From Lingula anatina (taxonomy: Eukaryota; Animalia; Brachiopoda), in contig CM120645.1 in the NCBI GenBank assembly GCA_051362555.1, positions 7,316,001-7,380,000 of the forward strand: 64,000 nt of DNA. Reading direction: 5' to 3'. Of the stretch, positions 12,953-41,785 are shown piece by piece; position 1 is the stretch's first letter; every line of letters starts with the position of its first letter. The position numbers and the translations under genes are program-made. Below the pieces are notes generated by a model. The model worked only from the letters and a program-made list of their open reading frames with translations, did not search any database and was not told the origin of the DNA.

Positions 12953-13784
12953 GTTGTCTTCTCAGCATAAAAGGTATGCTTGATTTAGTCCTACAGGCAC
13001 TGTTGCAAATTCAGAGGGTCAATTAAATCAATTACTTGGCCAATTAGGTCATATAATAATAGAAAATTGCGCCAAAATATTAAAGATGAATTTCCCGGTT
13101 GCAGCCATTATTATACCAGCTGATTGGTTGAAATGCATGTCACGTGACAGTCTTTTGCACTAAAATTTGGCGAAAGGTGGCAGCACTTATCGACCATAGC
13201 CAAGACGGGAGCAACATTATAATTCAAGTGAATTTTTTTCTGTGTGAAAATAAGACTTACGCCTATTTTATATCCTGGAGCATACAATTGTTGCAGTTAC
13301 AAGTTATTCAAAACTATACTTGGACAAACATAATTTAATATTTTTTCTTTACATCTTATTTTTGAACAAGGATTAAGTAAAATTATAGCTATTGATTAAC
13401 ATGATTCTCCTTCTCGATGAAGTTCATCCAAAACCATGCAAAATATAGCAAAATAGTTTATTATATCAATAAATATGATAAAAAGAAATTTCATATGTTC
13501 TGTTACAAATTTTGCTTTCTGCACCACTGGTTTGTGAAAGCATATAATCTTACAAAGTCCAACTTCATTTCCCTTAATTTTTCCTTTTTTGATCAATAGA
13601 TTCTCTACTTATTTTTTTCTGAATTAAAAAATAAATTAAACAATGGATAAACTGTGACAGGTTAAAACATTTCATAGACAGCATTTTTTCAAGAAAAGTT
13701 GCTTTAACTATAGTTTTTATTAAAAGAAAATCAGTTCTAGGTAAACAGAATTTTGTCTTGTCATCTGGTTTCACATCATTTTTA

Positions 13785-16700
13785 TCAGTCTGCCAAAAAT
13801 CTTCTTTTCTTTGTAGTGTTCATGTAGGGCCTGAAAACCCACTCAACATCTGCGCTGTCAGCATTATCAAGTGTGCCTAGAATGATCTGGTACACTGAAA
13901 AACAAAACAGAGACAAATTAAAAAAAAAAATTGAAATGTGCTGAACTCCAACAAAGAACTTGCAATGAAAATATGTCATTTTTTATCACTTTTCTCACAA
14001 AATAATACAAAAGAAAATCATATTAGGAGTTCACTGCATTATTGCTGGTCATTGCTTGCTTCTATAGTTGGGAAAATAATACTCAGAAATGTTTTAAGAA
14101 GGTCAAAAGTAAGATTACAGGTTACCATAAACCAACAGTTCAGTTTCAGAAAACAAATCTATGAAGGTTCATAATATTCTACTTTAATTGAACCTTGTAA
14201 AAGTGAATGAAATACTGTTAATGATATCAAGTTTTAAAAGAAGAAACAAATACAAATCAATTGTAAAGAATAAATGAAAACGTTTAGCTTCAAAGACATT
14301 TATCAAAACTTACATTTCATTTCAAATCTTGGCCCTACTTCAGATAGTTCCACATCATTGCGCTCTTTCTTCTTATATGTGTGATGCCTAAAATAAGTAA
14401 TCAGCAACTGATATGTATTTCAGTACATGACAATAAATAAATAACCGAATAAAGTTATCATATCCTTTTTTAAACTTAACAAAAAAATAAATAAATTTAT
14501 GTAAAATCAGTGTAAGCTTGCAGCACAGTGTTTGTAACTGTACACACCTAAATGATATGTAATCCTCCTGGTTGGCAAATGTGATCACCCTCCTGCTGTC
14601 TTCTTTTGGCACAGGGAACAAGTACTTCAATATGTTAGATACCTGGAACAGGTTACAACATCAATACCATGTCATTTCTTCAGATAAGAAGAATAAAAAC
14701 AATAAAGACAAGCTTAAAGAGGGAAATACAGCATAAAAGGACACAGAGAAAGACAATACAACAGCTGGAGCTGAACAACAGAATGAATAAGATATATAGA
14801 AGCTTATTCTCAGTCACTAGTGCAATATGCAGGTAAATAAAGAACTTCAAGTTAAATGCATTTGAGGTCTGCAGCATCTCCTACTTACTCTCTGCCCCAA
14901 CTTTGAGGTGAAATTGTTGAGAATGAGGTGTGGGTAGGCCTCCGACATCTTCCCTACGTCAGGAATATCATGTCTCATCACTACATTGGATAGTGTAAAG
15001 TAGGCTGTGGGGCCATAGGGGAGGTGGCACACCACTAGCCCATCTGAAAGGAGAGAAATTCTGATATATCTTTAACTATTAAGAGGGGAGGGGGTAGGTG
15101 TGTGTGACAAGTGTACATTTTTTTCTTTTTATGGGGAGGGGGGAGGGGGCTTAAACCAATTTAAAACAAATTTACCAAACAAATGATAAATAACTGAAAA
15201 GCAAAGGGAATGTTTATATTAATATTTATATAAGGTAAAAGTAAATTACCTCCAGCATTTGGCAAACACTAGATATGACCACATGAGCCCAGATTGACTG
15301 AATTTTTATTCACATTTATGGAGAGCAGAATAATAATCCCTGTCTCAATATTGTACTTGTTCCCATGACTGACCTGGATTTCCTCTGTGCTCGTGTAGCA
15401 GAATGAGATCTGTGACATCATTTGAGCGACAAGCCTGTACCAACTGCTTCATCTCATAGTTACCTCTGTTGATGCGCTGGGAGTTGGGGAATATAAGCCG
15501 AATTTCCTGAAGAGAAGCACACCAAATATGCAAGTCAAAAAGTGTCACATTTTTTCTTTCTGTTTAGTAATATGTATCAATCACTCGTTTCCATTTTGAG
15601 CACCTTTCTGTAGTATTATAACAAATAAACAAACAGTAAAACTTTAAATTTCTCTTTAAAAATGTGACAAATGTTTTTCTTGTCACTATTAAAAGCTTAT
15701 AACTTTATAAGGTCCACACCTAAAAGAAAACTGCTGCAAAAATGGCCTTTTTTTTTTTTTTTTTTTGCAAAATGTTAAAAGATTTAGAAGAAGATCAAGT
15801 TAATGACTTGGCTGCACTGCAGGAAATAAAAAATGGGATTTCTTTTAATACTGCTTCAATTTTAAAACAAAATATTCCAGCTCAATTTCAAAGAAAATAA
15901 CTGTACACCAAATAGATATTAACTAGGAGTTTGTGATCTCCCTTCAATCTGCAGACCTCTAAAAGTTTAATGCACAACACTTCACTTACTTTGGCAAACT
16001 GTTTCAACCTGGAGCTTGGGTCTCTGGAAGTGGTGATCATCAGTTTGGGATCTTCCACTCCAGCCCACCTGTATTCATCATCTATGTGAGTAGTGACACC
16101 TGGTGGAAAAAACAAAAGTTAATTCATTGCGAAATGTGTGTGTGTGCGTGTGTGCGTGTGTGTGTGTGTGTGTGTGTTTGTGTGTGATAAATTTCTGTAT
16201 GTTTGTTTCCTCTACATTATTGGACAATATGCCTGGTACTATTACCAAATGAACAAAAGTTAAACAAACAATACTGGACAATCTGATGGTTTGAGAAAAA
16301 ATATTTGCTTTTATCCCAAAGATGTCCACCTACCTTCCCCTCCCTCGTCCTCCCAGTCCAGGGTCTTCTGCAAGTCCAACGCATCTTTCCTTAGATCAGT
16401 GGGAATGACATTATTTTCTGAAAAACATATTGGAAACATCTAAGATAATGAAGCAGATGAAGTGAAAGATACAAGCCATATGAGGGTCCATTTTGGCACA
16501 CAACATCAATTTGCAAATTCAAAGTTTCACATCAGAAAAATATGCAACATATATACCACTGGCAATTAACCTCTACTACATTTATTTTATACATTCATTT
16601 TAGGTAAAAAGGAGAGAGCTATTGATGATCAATCTGTTCTGATAATTTAAATATGTATGGCTTGAAATTATTGACACACAAAAACAAAAGGTAAAAATTT

Positions 16701-17366
16701 ACCATCTAGTGATCTTTTGAGTCTCTGCTTTTTTTCTGCTATAGTTCGCTCGCGCTCTTCTATGGACTTTTTATAAATATACTCCCTTCTCTGCCTGGCT
16801 TGTCTTCGTAACTAGAAAAAACAATAAGTTTAAAATCTTATCTTTTTCATTAACAGTTTTGAAAACAAGGATGCAAGGTAGTGTTATGCTGCTATTTTTA
16901 TTTTTCTTTTCTGAAGACCCCCAACTTAACATTTTACAATGAAAATCACAAATTCTGTTCAGTTTAAATTCTGTTACACTGGAATGCAGCAGTAGTAAAC
17001 CCTGAAAACAACACTAACTTCTGAAGTAAAGAAGTAAAGTTTTGTTACACCCTGTACTGCACTATTATGATTGTACTACCACTACCACTACATGGCAGAT
17101 GAAACTTGTCCCATTTCAGTCTCAAGTCAAAATGATCAAACATCACTAAGTTCATGCAGTGAAGTCTTCACTCTTCACAGTGACCAGTCCAAAATAAACA
17201 TTTTTATATAAAAAAAAAGCTTTACGGGGCATCGCTTAGCATTCAAATCGTACACCGATTGTTAAATCTTTTGTTGTTTATAGATTACCCCATATAAACT
17301 TAATGGAATCTGTTACATAGAGCAATAATTATTATAAACAACACTCCACGTGTTTCAACTCACCAT
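13785..17366 (-). CDS. IMP4: U3 snoRNP protein IMP4 (Brix domain), 9 coding exons, about 290 aa
   Basis: Exons 17366-17364 (ATG only), 16811-16703, 16417-16334, 16099-15990, 15506-15374, 15043-14889, 14642-14548, 14387-14314, 13894-13785. Motifs [56 protein letters not shown]. Confidence 0.96.
16135..16186. repeat. (TG)n microsatellite in an IMP4 intron
   Basis: Direct observation. Confidence 0.9.
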
Positions 17367-17446
17367 TTTTATAGGTCAAGGTAAGCTTTGCTGCGCATGC
17401 TCAACCGGAAGACAAAAAACGGAGGCCAAACGTGCTCGTCTTCGCG
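17367..17446. promoter_or_regulatory. Bidirectional promoter of IMP4 and ISY1
   Basis: Only 80 bp between divergent start codons. Contains NRF1-like TGCGCATGCTCA (17392-17403) next to ETS-like CCGGAAG (17405-17411), motifs typical of animal bidirectional housekeeping promoters. Confidence 0.75.
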
Positions 17447-20400
17447 ATGGTAAGAGGGTTAATCTTTGAATGATTAGTTTGTCTTATTCTCATATTCAGG
17501 GTTAAATGCTTCAAAGAGTTTAATTTAATATTATTAAAGTAAATATTTAATATTATGTCAGTTTAAACCAGCTAAAATTAGTAAATACAGTGAAAAATTA
17601 CGTTGATTTACTCTACTTGCTTTTCCAATTTCTGCACAACAATTAAACAACATAACACTGACAACAACTTCCAACTTACAGCTCTTGGTGACCAAAACAT
17701 TGTGAAATATTAGTTTGCCCCTTATATATATTTATATATATGATATGCTTGACTGTTGTTTATTCGTAAAACAATAATGATTCTTTTAGCTGTAGTTTCT
17801 CAGTACCAAATACATGTACACATTCTCCTTATTTGCTCTCACAAAATACTCTTTTCTGTCCTGTGTGGCCACAGGGGTGTTAAAATACTAAGTATTTCAT
17901 CTTTTTTTCAACAAATTGTTCTGACTAAAGCAATGTACCTTATAGTTTTTTGAAGCCAAACGACTTGACAAACACTGAAACAGCAGTATTTTTAATGAAA
18001 AGAAAGTGCACCATAGGATCTGCAAAGGAGTATAATGTGTAGCATGAATTTCATGTGTTACTGTATACTATTTTTCTGTCTTCAAGTTTGACCTTACAGA
18101 TTTAGCATTTAATAGAAAAATGATTAAATTATACGATTTTTAAAACCACGTATCACTTTGTCTTTAATTATAGGCACGAAATTCAGAGAAAGCCATGTAA
18201 GTATTTTATTTAAAACGAATGCTTGTGTCTCACATACCTGAAGAGAGATGGAAATTAATAACATTGTATATAGCAATAGAAGAAAATTTAAATAATTACC
18301 CTATTGGCTGTTTGAAACAGTTCTTTTAATCAAGCTATTTCCAAAGGAATTTTTGCATATCTTAAGAAATTACCTAAGTTGATTAAACTTTCTAACGGTC
18401 CCTAATGGCATATTATATTCCAGGACCAAGCTGGCCAGGTGGAGGGCTGCACACATAGATAATGTGAAGGAGAAGGTGAGGAAACATCTTCCTAGAATTG
18501 CCATCTCATTACACATTGGCATACCAGTACATTTGTAAATAGAAAATTGGCCTCTTGACATGTGAAGAGGTTTCTTCTTGTTAAGAACTATGTAATATCT
18601 TGGGTTTTTATCTATAGAGTGCAGATTGAGAGCTTGACATCTTTTCACTGCTTTTGTATTTCTACTATAGCAAGTATTCTGATGGATCAGCTTGTCAAAC
18701 AAGACACCTTTGAGGCCCACCTTTTGTTGTCTGAATGTGCGATTTTGCAAGTGATGGGGGGAAAAATTCAGAAACTAAGATCTTTGCTTTATATGACATG
18801 AGCATTTAAAATGAAAATCCATGTTTACTTCAGGAAAGAAGACCGTACCTGACAACAGAATGTGATGATGTACACAAAGCAGAGAAGTTCAGAAGACAGA
18901 TTATTGGAGAAGTTTCCAGAAAAGTTGCACAGATTCAAAATGGTAAAATTTTATCTAATATTATTTCTCCTTGTTAATACTAATACACTCCCTTATCGTC
19001 TCTTCTTATACCTATGAGATAGATGATGAGTTGCACGCTAAAGGCTGATGTCTCAGTGTGTGAGACATTGGGCTCCAGACTGTTGTTATGGCAACAAGTG
19101 ATGGACCTCCCAGAGTGCACAGGGGCCAGCTGATATCTCCTCTTTATATTGTATGACTGTGTAAATTATTATGGTTTTTAGTAATTGTTACAGTGCATAC
19201 TATGTACACTGTAACGGTAGCAGTGTATATTATGTATAATCTAAAAGACATTTCAGGGGAACCTAGCATTTGTAACATGTAGTTCCCACTAAATGAACAG
19301 GAAGTGGATGTTGTGACATCATTTTATGTCACCAGATTAATTTACCTATTAGACTTACATTCTTGGGCAATGTGGGGGTTCCTATATAATGAGTTACTTA
19401 GGCAACAGGCAAATTCAAGGCATCCAGTAAAACTGAAAATTACAAATTTTAGAACTTTTCTCTAGTCTGTACATAGACCACTCAGCAAATCAGAACTTCC
19501 AACATTTTTTCAAAAGGTTATTTATAAATGAATGAATATAGATTAATTTTATCAACTTGAGAAGAGTTTCTCATCATTTGTCACTTCTTGCACTTCAGCT
19601 GGTTTGGGCGAGTTTCGTTTGCGGGACCTCAATGATGAAATCAACAAACTATTACGAGAAAAGGGATACTGGGAAGACCGTATTGTTGAACTTGGAGGGC
19701 CTGATTACAGGGTATGTATGGAATGAGAGAATCTGTGGTGTGAATTGAAAATAGAATAGTGTACTTAGAATATATCTGAACATATAATATTTTTGAAAAA
19801 ATTACAGCATGAGCATCAAAGAAGCCCATGTCCCTTTTATAAGCTGTGAAATCTTTAACTAGCTTATTATTGTAATTTCTCATTCTTTGGAATAGATCTG
19901 GCACAGTTTGTGTGTGTGCGTTTGTATTTGATTAGTGTTGTTAAAGGTTAAGGACTTTGTAGTGTCTTGGTTTTTTGAGTATGTGAAAGATGCCTTTATT
20001 TGGGTATCTTCATTGTTCGCAGAAAACTGGTCCTAAAATGCTTGATGCTGAAGGGAAGGAGGTTCCAGGGAACAAGGGATACAAGTAAGTCTGAAATCGG
20101 GGCATTCTAAGGATTTGGTTTAATATCGAGAGAAAAAAATGCTTTTTATTCGACACTGTTGACAAAGTTATAAGAATGTCTATTTATGTACTTATAATGA
20201 GTCTAAGAAGTGTTTAAAACAATCATGGTGCTCATGTCATTGATAATGGGTGCTCATGTCATTGATAATGGACCCTCATTTTGCACAAGTAGAAGTCATT
20301 GTTTTAAGTGGATAAAATGTGTTTATGAGTTGGTAAACCTTTACTCGTCTGGGACTTCAATAAATATGTGTGCAGTGTTTGCTGATAAAAACTTTGCATT

Positions 20401-23255
20401 TTGATTTGAATTTAATATTAAATATAGTCACATCAATTTAGTTTCCATTGCTGTAGCTTAACAATAGCAGTTTGTTGGATGCTGATCTTAAGATGTTATG
20501 AAATGGTTTTACACAAATGTGTCTGTGTTTTCAGGTACTTTGGTGCTGCCAAAGATTTACCAGGTGTACGGGAGTTGTTTGAACAAGAAGGTGATTTAAG
20601 TTTCATTAAAAAAGTTAATGGGTCAAAATGCCAAATGTTAAAATATCAAATCTTATTGATCTGGCCCCCGTTTCACAAAAAAACTTAAGTCGGTTTCCCC
20701 GACTAAGAGCTTGGTTACCAACGTAATTAAGTCGTTACGTCACTAAGTCCCGTTTCACAAAGAACCTAAAAGGTCGCTTACATCGTTTTTTTCTTAGCTG
20801 CTAGTCGACGATGTCTAGCCTCCTCGGGCGGAGACTTAAGTCAGCAAGCTCAACTAAAACTCGGTAAATGAGAGCATAAACAACAAAAATTTGGAAAGAA
20901 CATACCTCCTTCAAGATATTATGTTATAGTGTCCTTGAATAGCACTGACATTTATTGAATATTTAAATAAAAAATGAAATACACCTTCACCCAGCCAATC
21001 GCGGGTTTGTTTATGTTTTTGACCGCTAGATGTGTGACAGCTGTGTTCCAAGACAAGCTAATGTTTTACTGTTGCTTTGAAGTTGCATTGAAGTTAAACT
21101 AATCAATAAAGTTCAAAAACAAACTTTGTTTACGTTTTGACTGATCTTTATTATTGATAAACGATCGTTCTCGGTCGAAAGAGGCCATGAAACGTCATGT
21201 CTTGTGAAACTTTAGAAATTTTACACCTCCTTTTCTTGAAGAGTTTCTCGTGCGCGTCGACTACGGTAAGCACGCCAAGCTAAGACATTACATTCTTTGT
21301 GAAACACTCCTAGTCGACTACGGATTTAAGATTCTTTGTAAAACGGGGGCCTGAAAAAAAATAAAAGATTTTATCTAGAGTTGGCAAAAATCAAGCATGT
21401 GTTACCTGGATTTTTTTTCAGCTCCGCCACCGCCAAGAAAAACCAGATCAGAGTTGATGAAGAATATAGATGCAGATTACTATGGTTACAGAGATGAGGA
21501 TGATGGTGTTCTGGTACCTCTGGAGCAGGAAATGGAGAAGGAAGGTATGGGGGGAATATTCTAATTCCAGGCTTCCTTTTCTTTCAATTGGATGATTTTA
21601 CTATAAAAGAAATTCTGAAATAGTGCCTTTCTAGCTTATTGAATATTTTTTTCTTGACAGGAAAAAAAAACACAATGAAAGAAAGCATTTGAATTACACA
21701 GCGATGGGTGATAATCTTAGCTTAATGACATCACACTTGTGAATTGTTAGTGGATTTGATGAAAAGGGATGAAAAGATGGGATTTCTTTCAGAAATTGGT
21801 TTTGGAATTGAATAAGGAAGTTACTTTAGTGTAAGACAGTCAAGAGATGGACAAAAAGGACTGTTGTTGCTATGGCAATCAGTGATGGACCTCCCAGGAT
21901 GCACATGGGCCATCTGAGAACCTTACAGTCTTCTGTTTGATTCACTTTTATACATAACTTTCTTTTGGTATAATTTCATATGCATTTTACAAGTGTCGTT
22001 CATAAATAAGCAGTTCTTGTACCATAATATTTATTTGCTATGACTTGCTCTTATTATATTTAACTATTTTTTATCTAGATATGTCTGAGACATATGGAAA
22101 GGAAAAAGATTTCAAATGTATTTGTAAAACTGTATTTTTTCTTATTACCAGTCATAGCCAACAAAGTAGAAGAATGGAAAAAGAAGAAAGAGGCCATCTT
22201 GAGAGGCGAGGTACCCCCAGATGACGATGTTGTGACGAAGGAAGAGGATATCTATGCTGTTAATGAACATGAGGTGAACCTTGAATTTGTCTCACTTGAT
22301 TTGTGATATTGATACATTTAATTTAAGTTAGATATCATTTATTGAACAAATTAGTTGATCAAATTGAATTGTTAAACATAGCAAAGGCCCCACCAATTAT
22401 TAAAACTAGGGCATCATGACATATTCATTTGGCTGGGATGAATTGAAAAGCGAAGTGCATTTTTAACCCTGTGCTTATTATAATTGCTTCATTAATTGGG
22501 GTTTTTCTTCTTTTTTATAAAAATTAGTTTCTTGAATTTTTGGAAATTTTGTCATGAATTTGTGTACTGCAGGTTATATTCCATGTGTTTATTTAATTTA
22601 TTATAAAGTCTGATGAAGAGGATGAGGTCAGTGCCATGGACACAGGGGAAGGTAGTGGACAAAGCTTCATAGCTCATGTACCTGTTCCATCTCAGAAAGA
22701 GGTGAGTCCCCCCTCCTCCTCCCCCCCCCCCCCCCTTTTGGTCCTCATTGGTTCCAGCCATTTAATGTTTAATTTTGCAGTTCTTAGTTATTTACGTAAT
22801 TTGTATAGATATACTAGCGTGATCTCATTTTTGACTCCATATTTCACTGTGTTATGTTAGGGGGTAATTGATTAATTAATTAATATAGTTTCAATAAATT
22901 TAAGCATTTGTGATTATGTCAAATATTATTTGATGGTGTTGACGTCTTCATTGTAAGTGAAGTTGTCTAAATCTTTTAAGACTACAACACCTTTCGGGTA
23001 TAAATAAGTCATTAATATGATTTTATCACAACCTCTTCCAATGTACCAAACTGGTCAGGTTGTGGACCACCCTATTATCAGTAAATAACAGTCCTTAGGG
23101 TCTCCCTCATTGATCATCTTTGCTTTCACTTTCACTTTCAGATTGAAGAAGCATTACTTCAAAGAAAGAAACAAGAACTTTTAGAAAAATATGCCAGTGA
23201 GGCATTACAAGCTGAGGAAGGCCAGGTTAAACAGATGATGGGGCTGGACACGTGA
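17447..23255 (+). CDS. ISY1: Pre-mRNA splicing factor ISY1, 11 coding exons, about 289 aa
   Basis: Exons 17447-17449 (ATG only), 18174-18196, 18424-18475, 18834-18942, 19599-19711, 20023-20084, 20535-20590, 21422-21544, 22152-22273, 22609-22701, 23142-23255. Motifs MARNSEKAM, RDLNDEINKLLREK, GYKYFGAAKDLPGVRELFE, DYYGYRDEDDG, HVPVPSQKEIE. Confidence 0.96.
19016..19139 (+). ncRNA. SNORD67: Box C/D snoRNA, SNORD67-like guide for U6 snRNA C60 2'-O-methylation, in ISY1 intron 4
   Basis: Terminal stem GAGATA/TATCTC. C box ATGATGA 19023-19029, D' CTGA 19045-19048, C' GTGATGG 19098-19104, D CTGA 19130-19133. Guide TGCACAGGGGCCA pairs with U6 UGGCCCCUGCGCA (one mismatch) and D+5 falls on C60. The ends TGATGAGTTGCAC and GTGCACAGGGGCCA match human SNORD67 as I recall it. 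Confidence 0.85.
20664..21350. mobile_element. Harbinger/PIF-like MITE (687 bp) in ISY1 intron 7
   Basis: TIRs GCCCCCGTTTCACAAA and TTTGTAAAACGGGGGC. 3-bp CTG duplication at 20661-20663 and 21351-21353 (CWG target). Internal repeats of the TIR core; CpG-rich. Confidence 0.8.
21859..21917 (+). ncRNA. Partial or diverged second copy of the SNORD67-like snoRNA (3' half), ISY1 intron 8
   Basis: GACTGTTG..TATGGCAA.CAGTGATGGACCTCCCAG.ATGCACATGGGCCATCTGA aligns with 19078-19133. The 5' half is not recognisable and the guide has a G>T change. Confidence 0.55.
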
Positions 23256-25080
23256 GACTATGCCCTTCAAGATGTATATCTGGAATTGTGATATAACATG
23301 AAGAGTATAATGCAACCTTCATAGGCCGATGCAATGAGCAAAGGAAATGTAAAGGCAGAAAAAAAATTATGGCAGGTACAGCTGCTGTGTCTGGGAAATA
23401 TGAGGCGAAGATAAGTTATCACTGCTATAAAAAACATTGACAAGCAGTTGCTTTTCATGCTCAGCTGGGACTGATTCTAAATGACAGTTTTCCTAAAATT
23501 GTGTGCCTGGCATTCATTATAAGGAAATGGGAATGAGCAAGATTTTATTCCTGGCAGTGGATCCTTAGCTATATGATATAGAGAAATAATATGAAACCTG
23601 AGAGAACTGTGATGGATAATAGTAGAACTTGGCAGATACATACAGAAGAAATAAATTTGTGAAACTGAAAAACATTTGGAGTATCATCAAGAGCTGCAAT
23701 GAAAAGGACGAGCAAACTAGATTGATCTAAACTTGGAATGTATAGAATATTGTAAAATACACTGACATCACTCGTAAACATCAGTGGGCTTCAGTTATTG
23801 CAGACTATAAATCACAACATACATGCATGCATGCAAAAAGTTGCCTAATTAACCTAATATTGTATGCAGCTAGGAAAGTTTTTTTTTCTACGACTTGAGA
23901 TAAAACATAGCTATTCAAGATACAAAGGATGTTTAACCATTCATTGATTAGGCAGTAATTAGGTATTTGCTAGAAATTAATAGATTTTTGCAAACCGGAC
24001 TATATTTTTTTGACTCCAGATTGTTAACTACTAGATTTTAAACATCAATTTACTATGTGTACAATACAGACTTCAGGCACCTATGCCATGAGTCAGTGTG
24101 TAGATTATCAAGTAAAGAATGATGGGAAAGCCTGGGACTAAAGCACTGTGACATCAGTGTTATTAAGGCACTTTTTTTAGGGCAGTGCCCTGTAAACCGG
24201 ATGACTAATGTGAGAAGAATGATGTCATATAAATCAGCTGTTTATCCATTACCATAAACTGCTTGTGGATTTTGGTTTTATTTTCCTCATACATTATATG
24301 TGTTTACATAGAGCAGTAGGGGGCCTTTACTTTCTTGGAACTGCTTTCAGTTGTTACGGTCTATGCTTTGACCTACTTACCATCTTTTGTTTGATTTGTC
24401 TTTTGATTAAGAATTTAAGTTTTAGGTTACCAATCTTTGGTGTAACTCAAAACCAAAAAACAGACTGTAAATATGTAAAGGATAGATTTTCTATAATATT
24501 TTCATTAAAATAATGTTTTTAAAAACATTTTCTTTCATTCATTCTTTTTTCTGATTGTTATATTTGTTTCTTTCTTCCAGCATCATAATACAATAGAAAG
24601 TACAAAGATCCCATAAGTAAATAAATGAAATATTAAGTAAATAGAGAGATAATTGATAATTGCAAAAACATCCAATCGATCTTATTTATGTCTTGATCCA
24701 AGTAAAATGCTAATATTTTTACACATAAGCGTTTTCCTTATCAGTTTTAATGAGCAGTGACGAGTTTAGTAATGGGATATCTGAAACAAATCCGCGGAAA
24801 CTGTGTCACAAACCTGCGCATAAGATATTCATAACTTGTTTACGAACGCAGATATCGTCGTTGATTTCTGGAGATAACCTTCACTATATACAAAGCCACT
24901 GCTGATTCATTGTTCTGTCCAAACGCACTAATTTAACATGTAATTTGCTCTTAACCTCATTTATAACATATTTGTCATACTTTCCTATATCTTTTGATAA
25001 ACAACGAAGCACCAACACCATTACATTTATCACAATTCAATCTCACGTGTGTATCTGCACCGGTTCTATGACACTATTTA

Positions 25081-25116
25081 CGTCATAAACAAAACCACGT
25101 GGGTTTGTTTATGACG
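25081..25116. other. 36-bp near-perfect palindrome upstream of HDHD5
   Basis: CGTCATAAACAAAACCACGTGGGTTTGTTTATGACG, self-complementary except for one pair, centred on CACGTG. Confidence 0.85.
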
Positions 25117-25391
25117 ATCGCAGAGACAGCCCACACGAATTTACGCGAGTATTTTTATAATTGTATGTAGGTTAGGAAATTATATATATCAAATATTGAT
25201 TGATTTCAAAATTTGAGAAAGTGGCTTTTACATCGTAAACAAATGCACTGTCCGTCATACAAGCTGACAAGAAAGATTCACCCGATCAGGGTCCCGTTCC
25301 GCGAAACGTGTGTTTCCACGTGATGGTAATTTCTAGCAATCTGATTGGCTGTTTAAGACACACCTCTACTGTGATGTATATGATTTAGAAA

Positions 25392-41229
<15,838 letters not shown>

Positions 41230-41626
41230 TGGCAGGAGGGAGTGTAGGAAGTCTATGTGTCGTGGAAGTGTTGTAGGTTTTACAGGTTTTGGGTACAGTT
41301 ACAGATACTGCTGGATTTGATATTGCAGCATAATAAATATCAGCACAAATCAGCACCTATGTTCAAAACCCACAATTTCAACTTGACATAGGATAAGCAT
41401 GCACACAAAACAAACCTGCGGGTAAAGAACAACAGTCAGGGGAATGGGAATGGTCCAAATGACTGTACAGAAATCTCAAATTTCGTGGAACAAATGGAAA
41501 TGTGGTACAGTTTTGCCTTGAATTTTCAGTGCCACACTGAGATCTGCTGTTTTTCTCTAAAACGGTTGCCTACTTGGCTTGTTAAAAACTGGGTACATAT
41601 GGTGTCTACCTGGCCAAAGCCAAGCA

Positions 41627-41785
41627 CCAATCTGGTTGATGTCAGCTACCTACCTGGATGATGCCTACCACCTACCTGGCTGATGTCAACTACCTAGTAC
41701 CTGGCTGATGTCAGCTACCTACCTGGCTGATGTCAGCCACCTACCTGATCGATGCCAAGCACCTACCTGGTTGATGCCAGCCCTT
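41627..41785. repeat. Minisatellite, about 21-bp unit, in the HDHD5 3' region
   Basis: About 7 diverged copies of ACCTACCTGGCTGATGTCAGC. Confidence 0.85.

Noticed and set aside
12942-12968. Minus-strand u[11 protein letters not shown] overlapping the SUV39H start, resembling the IMP4 N-terminus MLRRQ
   Set aside because: Only five residues, different codons at the start, and no flanking similarity; probably coincidence.
12953-13110. Shared-exon fusion of Su(var)3-9 with eIF2-gamma as in insects
   Set aside because: No eIF2-gamma exons are seen. An in-frame stop lies just upstream of ATG 12952 and the upstream neighbour is IMP4.
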